The translations under genes were made by a program, and so were the position numbers. From a virus (taxonomy: Duplodnaviria; Caudoviricetes), in IMG/VR virus record IMGVR_UViG_2843291059_000004, positions 1 through 64,000 of that record: a stretch of DNA of 64,000 nucleotides; one strand, given 5' to 3'. Shown here piece after piece: positions 47,349 to 56,830 of this stretch. Under the pieces are notes generated by a model. That model saw nothing but the letters and a program-made list of their open reading frames with translations. It was not told the DNA's origin and ran no database searches. The first letter of the stretch is position 1, and every line of letters begins with the position of its first letter.

Positions 47349-47549
47349 TCAATCATTATACCAATCAAGAAACTTTTCCCATCTCGAAAGTTCATCATCT
47401 GTCATACTCTTCAACCTCATTTCTAAAGATTCTTCAAGTAATTGAATATTTGTGAACTCTTCGTCTGTTGGTGTATATCCTAAAAATAGCGATATAACTT
47501 CAATACTTTCAGGTATAATACCTCTTAAAACTCGTTCAATCTGTGTCAT
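47349..47549 (-). CDS. Hypothetical protein
   Basis: Stop abuts palindrome. Confidence 0.6.
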   Translation of the reverse strand: MTQIERVLRGIIPESIEVISLFLGYTPTDEEFTNIQLLEESLEMRLKSMTDDELSRWEKFLDWYND

Positions 47550-47741
47550 TTATCCTACAACCTCAACACCCATAACGTTTTTTACAACAAAATTATCGTA
47601 TTCACTGAAGCTTTTAACAGCCAAAGATTTTGCTTCAGATTTATTTTCCGAAAACAAAGTCACTGCCGTCTCATATAAAACAGAGAATCCTTCAAGTTGA
47701 TTGTCCTGTACTTTAACAAACACTTTATACCAATTACCCAT
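47550..47741 (-). CDS. Hypothetical protein
   Basis: AGGAGG RBS at palindrome 47752. Confidence 0.6.
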   Translation of the reverse strand: MGNWYKVFVKVQDNQLEGFSVLYETAVTLFSENKSEAKSLAVKSFSEYDNFVVKNVMGVEVVG

Positions 47742-47764
47742 AACAACCTCCTAAAATATTACTT

Positions 47765-48439
47765 TTAAGCATCTTTCTTTATTAGCGGACGTCTATGCGT
47801 CGCATTTTTCAGCCAATCACCATCGCTGGGCATCTCCCTACTCACTCTAAGATTACGACCGCCACCTATCGGACACACTCGACGGTAATCATCAACAGTC
47901 TTGCAGCCAAGAGATTCGGCTTCATCCAGTGCCTTTCGCACATAAGCCCATGTGCTACCGCCTAGATCAGAGCACTTTCCAATCACAGCAAGTACAAGTT
48001 CGTCACCCATGCGCTCAACATATTCTGCCAAAGCTTTCTGCCCAGTAGCACCGAGCTTCCCGATATTCTCTCGAAATACATCCTCGATCGGTTTCGTCGT
48101 TGTCGTCTCATCACAAGACGAAGACGATATCTTATCTTTTTCTTTCTCTTTTTCTTTTTCTAGCTTTGTTTTGCTTGCGTTTGCTTCGTTTTGCTTACGC
48201 TTGCTTTCACCGCCAGCTTTTCCAGAAATGCGCTTACCTTCGATGTATTCGGCATCTTTAATCAAATCTCTCTTGATAGCAGGCCACACGTACCGCTCAT
48301 TTCCGATGAGTTCAGGTTCCGTTCCAGACGATTTATATTTCATCATCGCCAGTACCAGACGCCCCACCTCAGCAGCACTAAGGGGTTCAAAGTAGCTCTC
48401 GTAAGTATCCCAGATTTTAATATAAGTATCAGCCATCAT
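47765..48439 (-). CDS. DUF6291 + DnaD-domain replication initiator-like protein
   Basis: EPLSAAEVGRLVLAMMKY N-domain, GKAGG, EKEKEKEK linker, FRENIG...WAYVRKAL DnaD-like domain. Confidence 0.78.
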   Translation of the reverse strand: MMADTYIKIWDTYESYFEPLSAAEVGRLVLAMMKYKSSGTEPELIGNERYVWPAIKRDLIKDAEYIEGKRISGKAGGESKRKQNEANASKTKLEKEKEKEKDKISSSSCDETTTTKPIEDVFRENIGKLGATGQKALAEYVERMGDELVLAVIGKCSDLGGSTWAYVRKALDEAESLGCKTVDDYRRVCPIGGGRNLRVSREMPSDGDWLKNATHRRPLIKKDA

Positions 48440-48444
48440 ACACC

Positions 48445-49323
48445 TCACATTGCTACAATTGAACAATGACAATCAACGCCATAGTCGATGTTAGAATAAT
48501 ATTCTCTATCAACGTCTGCATTTAATCCAATGTAGTGAAGCGTAATAGCCTGATTACTGTGATTCAGGCTATGTTGCAACCACGCAAGTGCCATCTGGTC
48601 ATCTTTATGATTCATCATGAATTGATAACCAAAAGTCTTTCGACAACTATGCGTCCCAAGTTTATAAGAAAGCCCTAAGTCTTTTTGAGCTTTTCTCATA
48701 ATCTGTCCAAACGTATCAACATCAATCGGGTCACCTTTCTTCTTTGGATCAGCTTCATATTTTACAACTTTCACTGCATTTGATTTTCCCCCTCCAACTT
48801 TCCAAGAAGAAATACCCCCATTCGTTCTTAATGAATTTTTGCTACTTCCTTTCTGAGATGGGAAAAGCCACGAATGATACGACGGCCTCGTTAGCCGAAT
48901 ATATTCAGCTATAATCTGCATTGTGTTCTGCCCAATTACAACATCGCGATATTTTCCTGTCTTTTTCTCCTTAAAGCGAACATTGACTGTTTCATTAACA
49001 ACAAGTTTTCCATCAACCAGGTGCGATACATCTTCAACTCTAAATCGAAGAAGGTCACTCGCACGAAATCCTGTGGCAATACCAAGATTAAACAAGCACC
49101 AATCTCTATACTTCTTTTTATTATAGAAATATTCAGAAATAGCCTGAATATCTTTTACGTCACGAATCGGTTCAACTTCACCATTTCGTGCCACAGAATA
49201 TCGAGTGATGTTGTAATTTTTTCCTTTAGAATATTGAGTTGTTTCTTGATTAACATCTTCATCTAAATATTCGTCAATACTTATAAAATCCGATTCATAC
49301 TCTTCCTGTGCTAATGCTCCCAT
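48445..49323 (-). CDS. Tyrosine recombinase (catalytic-domain type, intact)
   Basis: VEPIRD, GIATGFRASDLL (R), EKKTGK (K), LFPS, THSCRKTFG (HxxR), LNHS...TLHYIG (H,Y). Confidence 0.92.
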   Translation of the reverse strand: MGALAQEEYESDFISIDEYLDEDVNQETTQYSKGKNYNITRYSVARNGEVEPIRDVKDIQAISEYFYNKKKYRDWCLFNLGIATGFRASDLLRFRVEDVSHLVDGKLVVNETVNVRFKEKKTGKYRDVVIGQNTMQIIAEYIRLTRPSYHSWLFPSQKGSSKNSLRTNGGISSWKVGGGKSNAVKVVKYEADPKKKGDPIDVDTFGQIMRKAQKDLGLSYKLGTHSCRKTFGYQFMMNHKDDQMALAWLQHSLNHSNQAITLHYIGLNADVDREYYSNIDYGVDCHCSIVAM

Positions 49324-49338
49324 ATACTATATCTCCTT

Positions 49339-49563
49339 TTAGATTCCGTATTTCAAACAATATTTCCCATATGACAATCCTTCTGCATCAGCTAATCTTG
49401 TGATCTCAACAAATGTTGGCTTATGCTTCTTTTTATTTTTACACCTAATAGATGCCTCGTTTCTAATAATTTTACGACATTTATCACAATAAAGTCTGCC
49501 ACATTTTGGTCCATACCATGTAATACCACAGCGATTACACGTTATATCTCCATACACCATCAT
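49339..49563 (-). CDS. Zn-finger phage protein
   Basis: CNRCG...YCDKC, GLSYGKY. Confidence 0.7.
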   Translation of the reverse strand: MMVYGDITCNRCGITWYGPKCGRLYCDKCRKIIRNEASIRCKNKKKHKPTFVEITRLADAEGLSYGKYCLKYGI

Positions 49564-49566
49564 ACC

Positions 49567-49815
49567 TTATACCTCAAATTCATCAATCATCCACTGATGC
49601 TTGTAATAATAGCCTTCACTCTCTTCTGTTACCAGAGCGCTAAAACTATCAATATAGGACTCTTCACTTGCATCTGGATGGCTCTCTTTGCATTCCATAT
49701 AAGCCAGCTTCATCAATTCATATAGCTTCTTTTCGTCAGAAGAAACCTCAATTACATTTGCCTCTGCATAGAATTCCGTTTCTTCATAACAGTCATGTAA
49801 AACATAAATTCTCAT
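49567..49815 (-). CDS. Acidic hypothetical protein
   Basis: GAGG RBS. Confidence 0.65.
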   Translation of the reverse strand: MRIYVLHDCYEETEFYAEANVIEVSSDEKKLYELMKLAYMECKESHPDASEESYIDSFSALVTEESEGYYYKHQWMIDEFEV

Positions 49816-49825
49816 AATATGTACC

Positions 49826-50446
49826 TCAGTTCTTTTCAAACAAATCGTTACGAATCTTCGGAGTAAACTTACGATTGCCAAGTTGTTCAATAGCAGTTTC
49901 CAACCTACCATCTACCCAGCCCTTATCTTCTTCATTCATAATGATTTCAAGCAAAAACTTTGCGTCCTTAGCTTCCCTACGCTTCCGCCGAGCCCTTTTA
50001 AGTTCTGCCATAAGCTGATAACCTTGCGCTGCGTTTACAGTCTTGAACTCAATAGCGTGTTCCAGATCATCAATCTCGTCGCCTGCAGCAGTCAGGTCAC
50101 CATACACTTTTGAATACATTTCATTCAGATTGCACATAGTCCTATCCGTAATAACCAAATCCTTTTTAAGTTTTGCAAGCCATTCAGAATCTTCCATCTG
50201 AAATGCGTATGTATTCGGCTTATCAGCCGGAGCTGCTATATTTGGACTCTTACCAACAATGGTGGCCTCGTCCATAGACTTTGGCGTGTAGTGTCCATTC
50301 TTATACCCGGCGGGAAGCTTATTGATTTCACAAATCGCCAGTCCCTTAGATTCAAACTGTAATGCCAGATTGATATCACAAGTAGCACAGATTCGACCTC
50401 CTTTCCGTTTCATAATATAGTTATGACCATTCGATATCACATACAT
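49826..50446 (-). CDS. Coiled-coil phage protein
   Basis: EIDDLEHAIEF...RRKRREAKD. Confidence 0.75.
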   Translation of the reverse strand: MYVISNGHNYIMKRKGGRICATCDINLALQFESKGLAICEINKLPAGYKNGHYTPKSMDEATIVGKSPNIAAPADKPNTYAFQMEDSEWLAKLKKDLVITDRTMCNLNEMYSKVYGDLTAAGDEIDDLEHAIEFKTVNAAQGYQLMAELKRARRKRREAKDAKFLLEIIMNEEDKGWVDGRLETAIEQLGNRKFTPKIRNDLFEKN

Positions 50447-51751
50447 TTACTTCTTCTCCTGTTCTTTCATCAACTGCTTCACAGCCTTCTTAAACATCCG
50501 CATAGCATTATCACTTTCCAGGAAAACCTTAGTCTTCGGTTTGGGCATACAGCCATGAGCACGTTTGTATGCCTTCAACATACTTTCCATCTTTGTATAA
50601 CCAATCTGGTCATAAATCATACGGTAAGTCTTATGATAATGAATTGTATTGTCTCCAATTTTCTTTGCCAAAGGTTCAACAACTGGAACCAGTTTTAATG
50701 CTGTCTCACTCTGCTTCTTAGGCTTCTCATTAACAACTTCCTTGGCTTCCACCTCAACCACGGGAGCATCGTTCGCATTTACTTCAGGAATTACTTCAAT
50801 GGTCTTCAAAGCAGGACGAAGTTCATTCTGATTCTGGTGCAGACGCTCAATAGATGCTGCATACATATCTGCAACAACTGACCCCATAACGGATTTCCAA
50901 GTGGAGTCCTCTTCAATAATGTCAATCGTAGAGATTTTCCCACTACGATTCGTTCTCTTAATATACTTTGCACGAGCATCTTCCAAAACGAAACCATAAT
51001 TACGATTTAAATATTCATAGATCTTGTGAAGCGTTTCTTTATTCGTGTAACCTTTGGTATTTGCAATTACACCAATCTTGCTATACAAATCTTTACGCCA
51101 GTTACTCATTTCATCCTGAAACACATTGCGAGGAGTGTAGCTCTTAGCACGAATCGCGTTATCCATCTGCTTATCCTTAATCTGATGAACGCACTGAGAT
51201 ACGCTGCTGATTACATTCAGTGCCTCATTACTGGTAGCACGAGCCTCCTCAATCTGTTCACTGAGATCCTTACGGGTGGAATCAAGTTCACTCTGAAGGT
51301 TCTTCACACTATCAAACAAAGCATGAAGTCTAACATCAATGAACTCCTTACTCAGTGCAGCATCCATCTGAGGCGTAGCCAGAACGGTATCACCACGCAT
51401 CAAGGATTCCATGATGTCCCAGCAGAAATCCATGAACGCATCTGCCTTTGGCTGACGACTAAAGCGGCAAATCTCCATTACGCCACGCAGATTATACATA
51501 TAAGTTTGACGCATCTGCGTATGATTTCCGACCTCAGTGGTCAAATTGACCACCGAGCTCAATGGATTAAGACGATCTGCGTTACGGTCATGAATCTTAG
51601 AAATATTGCGAACAGGGTCTGTATATTCCAGCGCCGCACCAATCTGTTCACGGGTCATGTAATACTGGTGCTTATTATCCTCGTACACATCCACATTCAG
51701 TGCACCAAAAGGCTTAGATGTTATTACGGTCATAGAATTGTTAGTAGTCAT
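50447..51751 (-). CDS. Bro-N domain antirepressor-like protein
   Basis: YYMTREQIGAALEY, YNLRGVMEICRFSRQPKADAFMDF; coiled coil. Confidence 0.8.
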   Translation of the reverse strand: MTTNNSMTVITSKPFGALNVDVYEDNKHQYYMTREQIGAALEYTDPVRNISKIHDRNADRLNPLSSVVNLTTEVGNHTQMRQTYMYNLRGVMEICRFSRQPKADAFMDFCWDIMESLMRGDTVLATPQMDAALSKEFIDVRLHALFDSVKNLQSELDSTRKDLSEQIEEARATSNEALNVISSVSQCVHQIKDKQMDNAIRAKSYTPRNVFQDEMSNWRKDLYSKIGVIANTKGYTNKETLHKIYEYLNRNYGFVLEDARAKYIKRTNRSGKISTIDIIEEDSTWKSVMGSVVADMYAASIERLHQNQNELRPALKTIEVIPEVNANDAPVVEVEAKEVVNEKPKKQSETALKLVPVVEPLAKKIGDNTIHYHKTYRMIYDQIGYTKMESMLKAYKRAHGCMPKPKTKVFLESDNAMRMFKKAVKQLMKEQEKK

Positions 51752-51774
51752 TTTGTTTTACTCCTTTTCGTTCA

Positions 51775-52020
51775 TTAAGAAAAATCTGCGGTCAAATCTT
51801 CAGACGTCCAGCTCTTATAGTCTGTGTACTCGTCACTGAGCACATCCATCCAAAGATAATTTTCAATATCACCACTACTATCATAATTGATACTAGACAG
51901 GTTGATTGTTTCGCCATCATTTCTTTTAAGGTAAATCACGATCTCAGGATATGGCTCTACAAAACCCTCTGCAACGATCTTTCCGATGGATGTATCGATT
52001 TCAAATCGCTTTTCATTCAT
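51775..52020 (-). CDS. Hypothetical protein
   Basis: AGGAGG RBS at palindrome 52035. Confidence 0.7.
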   Translation of the reverse strand: MNEKRFEIDTSIGKIVAEGFVEPYPEIVIYLKRNDGETINLSSINYDSSGDIENYLWMDVLSDEYTDYKSWTSEDLTADFS

Positions 52021-52050
52021 ATTGATTTGCCTCCTAGAAGAACTGTTTTA

Positions 52051-52305
52051 TCAAACTTCAATAATCGTCCACCATTCGCTTTCTTTAGGCGAAGAGATAT
52101 ATATGCTATCACTAAGCTCTGTGATTTCCGGTTCATTTCCAGGTCCACCATACATTACTTGATAATAATGCTGGAACTCTGCTTCAGCTTGATTTATTGC
52201 ATCATTTTTCGCTTCTTCAAAAGTATCAAACGTTTGCTTGTTAATGACACTAGGAATATCTTTTTTCTGCATAAAAATATCCAAAAGCATATACATAATC
52301 GTCAC
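52051..52305 (-). CDS. Hypothetical protein
   Basis: Stop abuts palindrome. Confidence 0.65.
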   Translation of the reverse strand: MTIMYMLLDIFMQKKDIPSVINKQTFDTFEEAKNDAINQAEAEFQHYYQVMYGGPGNEPEITELSDSIYISSPKESEWWTIIEV

Positions 52306-52306
52306 C

Positions 52307-52519
52307 TCAAAACTGATACTTCCAAAAGATTCGTGCGTTGCCGGTAATATCTTGCAAGCAAGAAATGTACTCCCGGAACGAAATCAGCCCTTGTATCTTC
52401 ATAACCCATGCTCGCTTTGCACGAACTGCAATCGCTGGATCGTACTTCACAGCATCGTTAAATGCGCTGTCGGTCATTTTGCGTTCAAAGTAACGAATCT
52501 CATTGATGTTCATAATCAT
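52307..52519 (-). CDS. Hypothetical protein
   Basis: Coupled ORF. Confidence 0.65.
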   Translation of the reverse strand: MIMNINEIRYFERKMTDSAFNDAVKYDPAIAVRAKRAWVMKIQGLISFREYISCLQDITGNARIFWKYQF

Positions 52520-52719
52520 TTCTCCTCTGTCTCACTCAGTTTCTTTTCAAAATCTTCGAGTTCTTTATAATCTTCATCTGTGAGATAATCGTCGATTTCA
52601 ATATCCAAAAGGATATAACACTGCGCCTGCAAAGCAACATACGCATCATCTGCACTCATTCCATTTTCAATAAGAACTTGTGCCGCTTCCATAAGTTTAT
52701 CATTCATAGTTCGTTCCAT
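52516..52719 (-). CDS. Hypothetical protein
   Basis: GAGG RBS. Confidence 0.65.
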   Translation of the reverse strand: MERTMNDKLMEAAQVLIENGMSADDAYVALQAQCYILLDIEIDDYLTDEDYKELEDFEKKLSETEEK

Positions 52720-52730
52720 TTTCTAAAACC

Positions 52731-52976
52731 TCAACAACAATCAGCTACAATTTTCTCAAGCATATCCATAAGTTCTTTGAACGTTTTACATTTCATTTTT
52801 ACATTAAAAATCAAGCAATAAATAACCTTTGCGTTATCACTAGGACATTCACTCTCGCCGTTATTGTACATTCTTATTAAGTCATATGCACTTGTTGTGA
52901 TTGCACTCTTTTCTCCGTCCTCATCAACAAGCAAAATACAACTTTCCCGAAGATAAAACCTAGTAAAAGTCCACAT
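52731..52976 (-). CDS. Hypothetical protein, paralog of 56552..56818
   Basis: Shared F.V..KCKTF.E...M..KI...C. Confidence 0.7.
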   Translation of the reverse strand: MWTFTRFYLRESCILLVDEDGEKSAITTSAYDLIRMYNNGESECPSDNAKVIYCLIFNVKMKCKTFKELMDMLEKIVADCC

Positions 52977-52995
52977 TTTTAAAACCTCGATTCTA

Positions 52996-53352
52996 TTAAA
53001 TGTAACGTTCATTGTTTTTGTTCAAAAAATCCCTAATATAATTCTTCAGGCTATATTCAATACCACTTACAGAGGATAAAGTTCTTGTCCATAATCCGCC
53101 TAGATGGTCACTAGACGCCTTATCAACCCCTTCAATCACAGTAAACCATTCATAATTATTATCTTCTTCCAATCCATCAAAATCATCTTCTTCAAAATGT
53201 AAGTCCATTTCAACGCCAGGATACCCATCAACATCGTATGTAACAATTCTGGTATCAAAATCATTCGGTTTATTGCCAGTGCCATCCCAGCCAGACGGAT
53301 TCATACGCTTGATAAAATCTTCTGCAACTTCACGAATAGTCATAACATTCAC
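52996..53352 (-). CDS. Acidic hypothetical protein
   Basis: Coupled ORF. Confidence 0.7.
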   Translation of the reverse strand: MNVMTIREVAEDFIKRMNPSGWDGTGNKPNDFDTRIVTYDVDGYPGVEMDLHFEEDDFDGLEEDNNYEWFTVIEGVDKASSDHLGGLWTRTLSSVSGIEYSLKNYIRDFLNKNNERYI

Positions 53353-53609
53353 TCCCTCAATTCTCCATTTTCGTAATCAAAAACATAGCAACAATTCTCA
53401 TAATCTTTCTTGTACAGGTCAGTCTGAATCTTATCATTTTCTGCGTCCTGTTCAATAATTGTAATCAAATCGTCCCATGAAAATGTTTCCCCGTCTTTAG
53501 AGTAAAAAATTCCCATCCCTGGAAAGCTTTCTTTATCTGCCGATTCCGTAGCAATCAGCCAGCCATCATGAATTTTGACTTTGAAATCATGTTCATCAAC
53601 ATTATACAT
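53349..53609 (-). CDS. Acidic hypothetical protein
   Basis: AAGGAG RBS. Confidence 0.7.
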   Translation of the reverse strand: MYNVDEHDFKVKIHDGWLIATESADKESFPGMGIFYSKDGETFSWDDLITIIEQDAENDKIQTDLYKKDYENCCYVFDYENGELRE

Positions 53610-53622
53610 ATATCTTTCTCCT

Positions 53623-53817
53623 TTATATTATTATCTTATCTTCACCAAGCGTTTCAGTTTCATATGTTGTATAGACAAGTTCTGTCGGCTTACTGTAACA
53701 CGTTTTCATCCAGTCAAGCTCCGCATCACGCAGCTCTTTTGTGGGATAGATTTCATGCCCTCTATATGTATCGCCGTACATAAAGTGTCTGACAGAGTAT
53801 TCAAGATGGTAATACAT
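53623..53817 (-). CDS. Hypothetical protein
   Basis: Coupled ORF. Confidence 0.65.
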   Translation of the reverse strand: MYYHLEYSVRHFMYGDTYRGHEIYPTKELRDAELDWMKTCYSKPTELVYTTYETETLGEDKIII

Positions 53818-54002
53818 TATCGTTTTTCCAACTCCTCACACACTTTTACAATGATAGCCAAACCTGTACGCCGAAAATCTGCATTGTAAGGATTTTGTGC
53901 TTGAACATCTAAATGGCATAGCAATTTTTCCAAATCAGAGCTATACTCAACGCCTGCTGTTTTACAAAGGACCTCAGCCATCGCTTGAGTGTCATATTTC
54001 AT
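53817..54002 (-). CDS. Hypothetical protein
   Basis: RBS inside palindrome 54005. Confidence 0.65.
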   Translation of the reverse strand: MKYDTQAMAEVLCKTAGVEYSSDLEKLLCHLDVQAQNPYNADFRRTGLAIIVKVCEELEKR

Positions 54003-54017
54003 AATAAAACTCTCCTT

Positions 54018-54254
54018 TTACATTAACTTACCAGAAACATCAAATGCTTTCCATTTGAAACTGAATTTATCTGTCCAAACTTGTGCCTCAAATTCATTGT
54101 CATCATAATCAGTTTGGACGTCAGGAAAATCAGAATACATTGCATAACATTCTTCTGAATCATCCATAATGTATTTTATTGCTTCCGTTTTGGTTTTGAA
54201 AAATTCAGGCTCAAAAATCTCACCTTCGGAACCACATTCAATAACACACCACAT
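54018..54254 (-). CDS. Acidic hypothetical protein
   Basis: AAAGGA RBS. Confidence 0.65.
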   Translation of the reverse strand: MWCVIECGSEGEIFEPEFFKTKTEAIKYIMDDSEECYAMYSDFPDVQTDYDDNEFEAQVWTDKFSFKWKAFDVSGKLM

Positions 54255-54267
54255 AGTATTCTTCCTT

Positions 54268-54603
54268 TTACACACTCACATTCTTGTAAACCCAGTCAAC
54301 GCCTTTACTATGGAACTCATCCACCCAACGAAACCAATCATCTTGTGTGAAACTGCCAACTGGAAAGCCTCTCCAATTCTGATCAAGAACTAATTCTCCA
54401 TGTTCGTTTCCAACCCATGTAAAATCCGTGTTCTCTTTCCAAAGACGTTCAACAAATTTATCGCAATCATCTTTATTCCAACTTAGCTTCTGCATCCACT
54501 GTGCATCTAAATATGTATTTTCATATGCTTCCGCAACAGCACATGGACAGTTTTTACAGGTTTTTTCTATACAAGACCAACAAGGGCCATTATAATAACT
54601 CAT
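54268..54603 (-). CDS. Hypothetical protein
   Basis: CxxC motifs, GAGG RBS. Confidence 0.7.
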   Translation of the reverse strand: MSYYNGPCWSCIEKTCKNCPCAVAEAYENTYLDAQWMQKLSWNKDDCDKFVERLWKENTDFTWVGNEHGELVLDQNWRGFPVGSFTQDDWFRWVDEFHSKGVDWVYKNVSV

Positions 54604-54606
54604 AAT

Positions 54607-55143
54607 TTATGCCTCACTAAAATCCGCATTGGCAAGAACTTCATTGCCATATTCAACAAGAACATTTCTGAACCAATTTTCATTCTTTTTCCACCACTGT
54701 TCTGCTTGCTGCGGAGTCATTTCAATTCCATTGTCTTTTGCAACACCGATAATATCATCGGTGCACCAACGTGTTTCAGCAAACCACTTTTCTTTAATAT
54801 CATCTTCTTGATTTTCTCGCTCCATCTCGTCCAAAACAGTCCATGGATTTGCCCAGTCACATAGGTCGAATAACTCCAATGCTTTATCTTCGGTTTTACA
54901 CAAATCCAAAAAGTCTTTCCATGTATAAAAGTAAGCCGAGCATTCGGCAAGATCGTCTTTCGACATCATATAATCAGTTGGAATATCATTCAATGAAACA
55001 TCAGGAATATAAATTACTTCATTAAGATCAAAACACTTTCCTTTTGCCTTATAGATAAGACAGTTCTGACCTTGGGTTAAATCCAATAACGACTCAAGAG
55101 TTTTACCAGCTCTTAATTCAGCAACCAATTCTTCATATTTCAT
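54607..55143 (-). CDS. Hypothetical protein
   Basis: AGGAGG RBS at palindrome 55156. Confidence 0.75.
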   Translation of the reverse strand: MKYEELVAELRAGKTLESLLDLTQGQNCLIYKAKGKCFDLNEVIYIPDVSLNDIPTDYMMSKDDLAECSAYFYTWKDFLDLCKTEDKALELFDLCDWANPWTVLDEMERENQEDDIKEKWFAETRWCTDDIIGVAKDNGIEMTPQQAEQWWKKNENWFRNVLVEYGNEVLANADFSEA

Positions 55144-55171
55144 AATATTTCCTCCTAAAATTCAACATTTA

Positions 55172-56071
55172 TCAAAAGCGCCAGCTAGTTGTAACAACCT
55201 TTTTTGCTTCGCCTTGTTCGTATTTGTTGTTTTTAATAGCTTCTTCTAAACCATTGCCCGCATTGTAGGCTATACCATTTTGAACAGGGTCATCTCCAAG
55301 AAAACCACCACAAGAATCGATTTCAGTCCAATTAGGTTCGGCGCTTTCTTCGACATCATCTTCTACAAAACCATCCTGTTCATAAAGCGTATACCCATAC
55401 ACTTCACCAGTCAGATAGTTGTTATACGCCTCAACTTCAAGTTCCATATTTTTTTCAGCAATTGCTTTATTCTTTTCGTTAAAGTCAGAAAGAATAGTAA
55501 CAATCCATCCTACATAACTCGAATCAAACATATCGTTATAAGGATATTTGCGTACCCCGCAACTCATTGTGATTCCGCTATGTTCGTAAGTCCAAAGAGG
55601 AAGCCAAACTGCTCTTTTTTCAAGCAACATCATACAGTCACGAATAGAAAACTCTTCTCTGGAGTACTGAACAAGATCATCATAAAACAGATTTATCCAT
55701 CGGTATTCATCTTTGTTAGGAATCCAATCATTTGACTCAGAATCGTTAGTACAAATCGCCCAATAATCATTATCATCATCGCTGTCATGATATTGGATTG
55801 CACATGTATCGAAAAGTTTTTTATTCACTAGTGCATCAAGAACCTCTTCGTCACTGCAATACTTCCAAACAAGATCATTCCAAAAATATTTAGGGTCACT
55901 AAAACCAATATCATCACCAAGAGAGTATCTTTTATGAAAACAAGCCATAATAGAATCATGCCCATAATCACGAGGATTGCACTCTCCATCATTATCTGCC
56001 CAAATATGCAAGCAGTAATTTACACCATCATTCTCCCACTTTATAGTTTCATTGTCGTAGCAATATAACAT
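55172..56071 (-). CDS. Acidic conserved-type phage protein
   Basis: LPLWTYEHSGITMS, YLTGEVYGY; bounded by palindromes 55156 and 56075. Confidence 0.8.
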   Translation of the reverse strand: MLYCYDNETIKWENDGVNYCLHIWADNDGECNPRDYGHDSIMACFHKRYSLGDDIGFSDPKYFWNDLVWKYCSDEEVLDALVNKKLFDTCAIQYHDSDDDNDYWAICTNDSESNDWIPNKDEYRWINLFYDDLVQYSREEFSIRDCMMLLEKRAVWLPLWTYEHSGITMSCGVRKYPYNDMFDSSYVGWIVTILSDFNEKNKAIAEKNMELEVEAYNNYLTGEVYGYTLYEQDGFVEDDVEESAEPNWTEIDSCGGFLGDDPVQNGIAYNAGNGLEEAIKNNKYEQGEAKKVVTTSWRF

Positions 56072-56090
56072 ATCTAAAATCTCCCTTTTA

Positions 56091-56276
56091 TTAAATTTTA
56101 TTTTTATATTTTCTTACAATCTCAATATCAGAAGATAAACAAAGAAGCATCGCTTCAAGACGTTCACACATAATATGGCGATCAGGGTTTGATATATATA
56201 ACGCCATCATCGCGTCGTATTTATCAAGAAGCTCTTTCTCGATACAATCAATTGCATTCATATCCAATACCTCCAT
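56091..56276 (-). CDS. Hypothetical protein
   Basis: Coupled ORF. Confidence 0.55.
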   Translation of the reverse strand: MEVLDMNAIDCIEKELLDKYDAMMALYISNPDRHIMCERLEAMLLCLSSDIEIVRKYKNKI

Positions 56277-56548
56277 TATGCACTTGCCTTTTCTTCGAAA
56301 GCGTACCAATCAGACCAAATCTTATCGACCTCGCCATTCTTAAAGCCTTTCTTATAATCGGTAAACTCAACATAATAGTTGCTTGTCCACTCATTCAGAG
56401 CGTGTTCGTAAATGGCTGCAACACCACGCTTTGTTTCAACAACAAAGCTATCGACCAAAACACCTTCAACATAAGCACCAGTATATTGTGCTTTATTCTG
56501 GTGCATCCAACGGCCAAGAGCACCCGCATTAAGATAAAACCGTGTCAT
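56276..56548 (-). CDS. Hypothetical protein
   Basis: GAGGAG RBS. Confidence 0.7.
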   Translation of the reverse strand: MTRFYLNAGALGRWMHQNKAQYTGAYVEGVLVDSFVVETKRGVAAIYEHALNEWTSNYYVEFTDYKKGFKNGEVDKIWSDWYAFEEKASA

Positions 56549-56551
56549 GAT

Positions 56552-56818
56552 TCATTCTCCTCTTTTCATTCCGTCGCAACTTCCAGCAATTTTATCAATC
56601 ATTTCTATATACTCTCCGAATGTTTTGCATTTCACTTCCACTCCAAAACAAGCTGCATAAACAACCAAAGAGTCATTACTTGCCACATAATTACATTCGT
56701 GCCACCAGTCATAAAGCATGGAATCAACACTGCCAGAAATAACTCTACTGTTGCCATTATCATCCTTAACAATTACTGCACAGTCGTCCAGAACGTCATT
56801 AAAAAGCAACATATTCAT
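56552..56818 (-). CDS. Hypothetical protein, paralog of 52731..52976
   Basis: Same shared motif. Confidence 0.7.
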   Translation of the reverse strand: MNMLLFNDVLDDCAVIVKDDNGNSRVISGSVDSMLYDWWHECNYVASNDSLVVYAACFGVEVKCKTFGEYIEMIDKIAGSCDGMKRGE

Positions 56819-56830
56819 TCTCCTTTACTC

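Noticed and set aside
43259-47767. CRISPR array or classical integron attC sites
   Set aside because: Units are whole genes rather than 30-40 bp spacers; no cas genes; no GTTRRRY/RYYYAAC boxes or long attC hairpins
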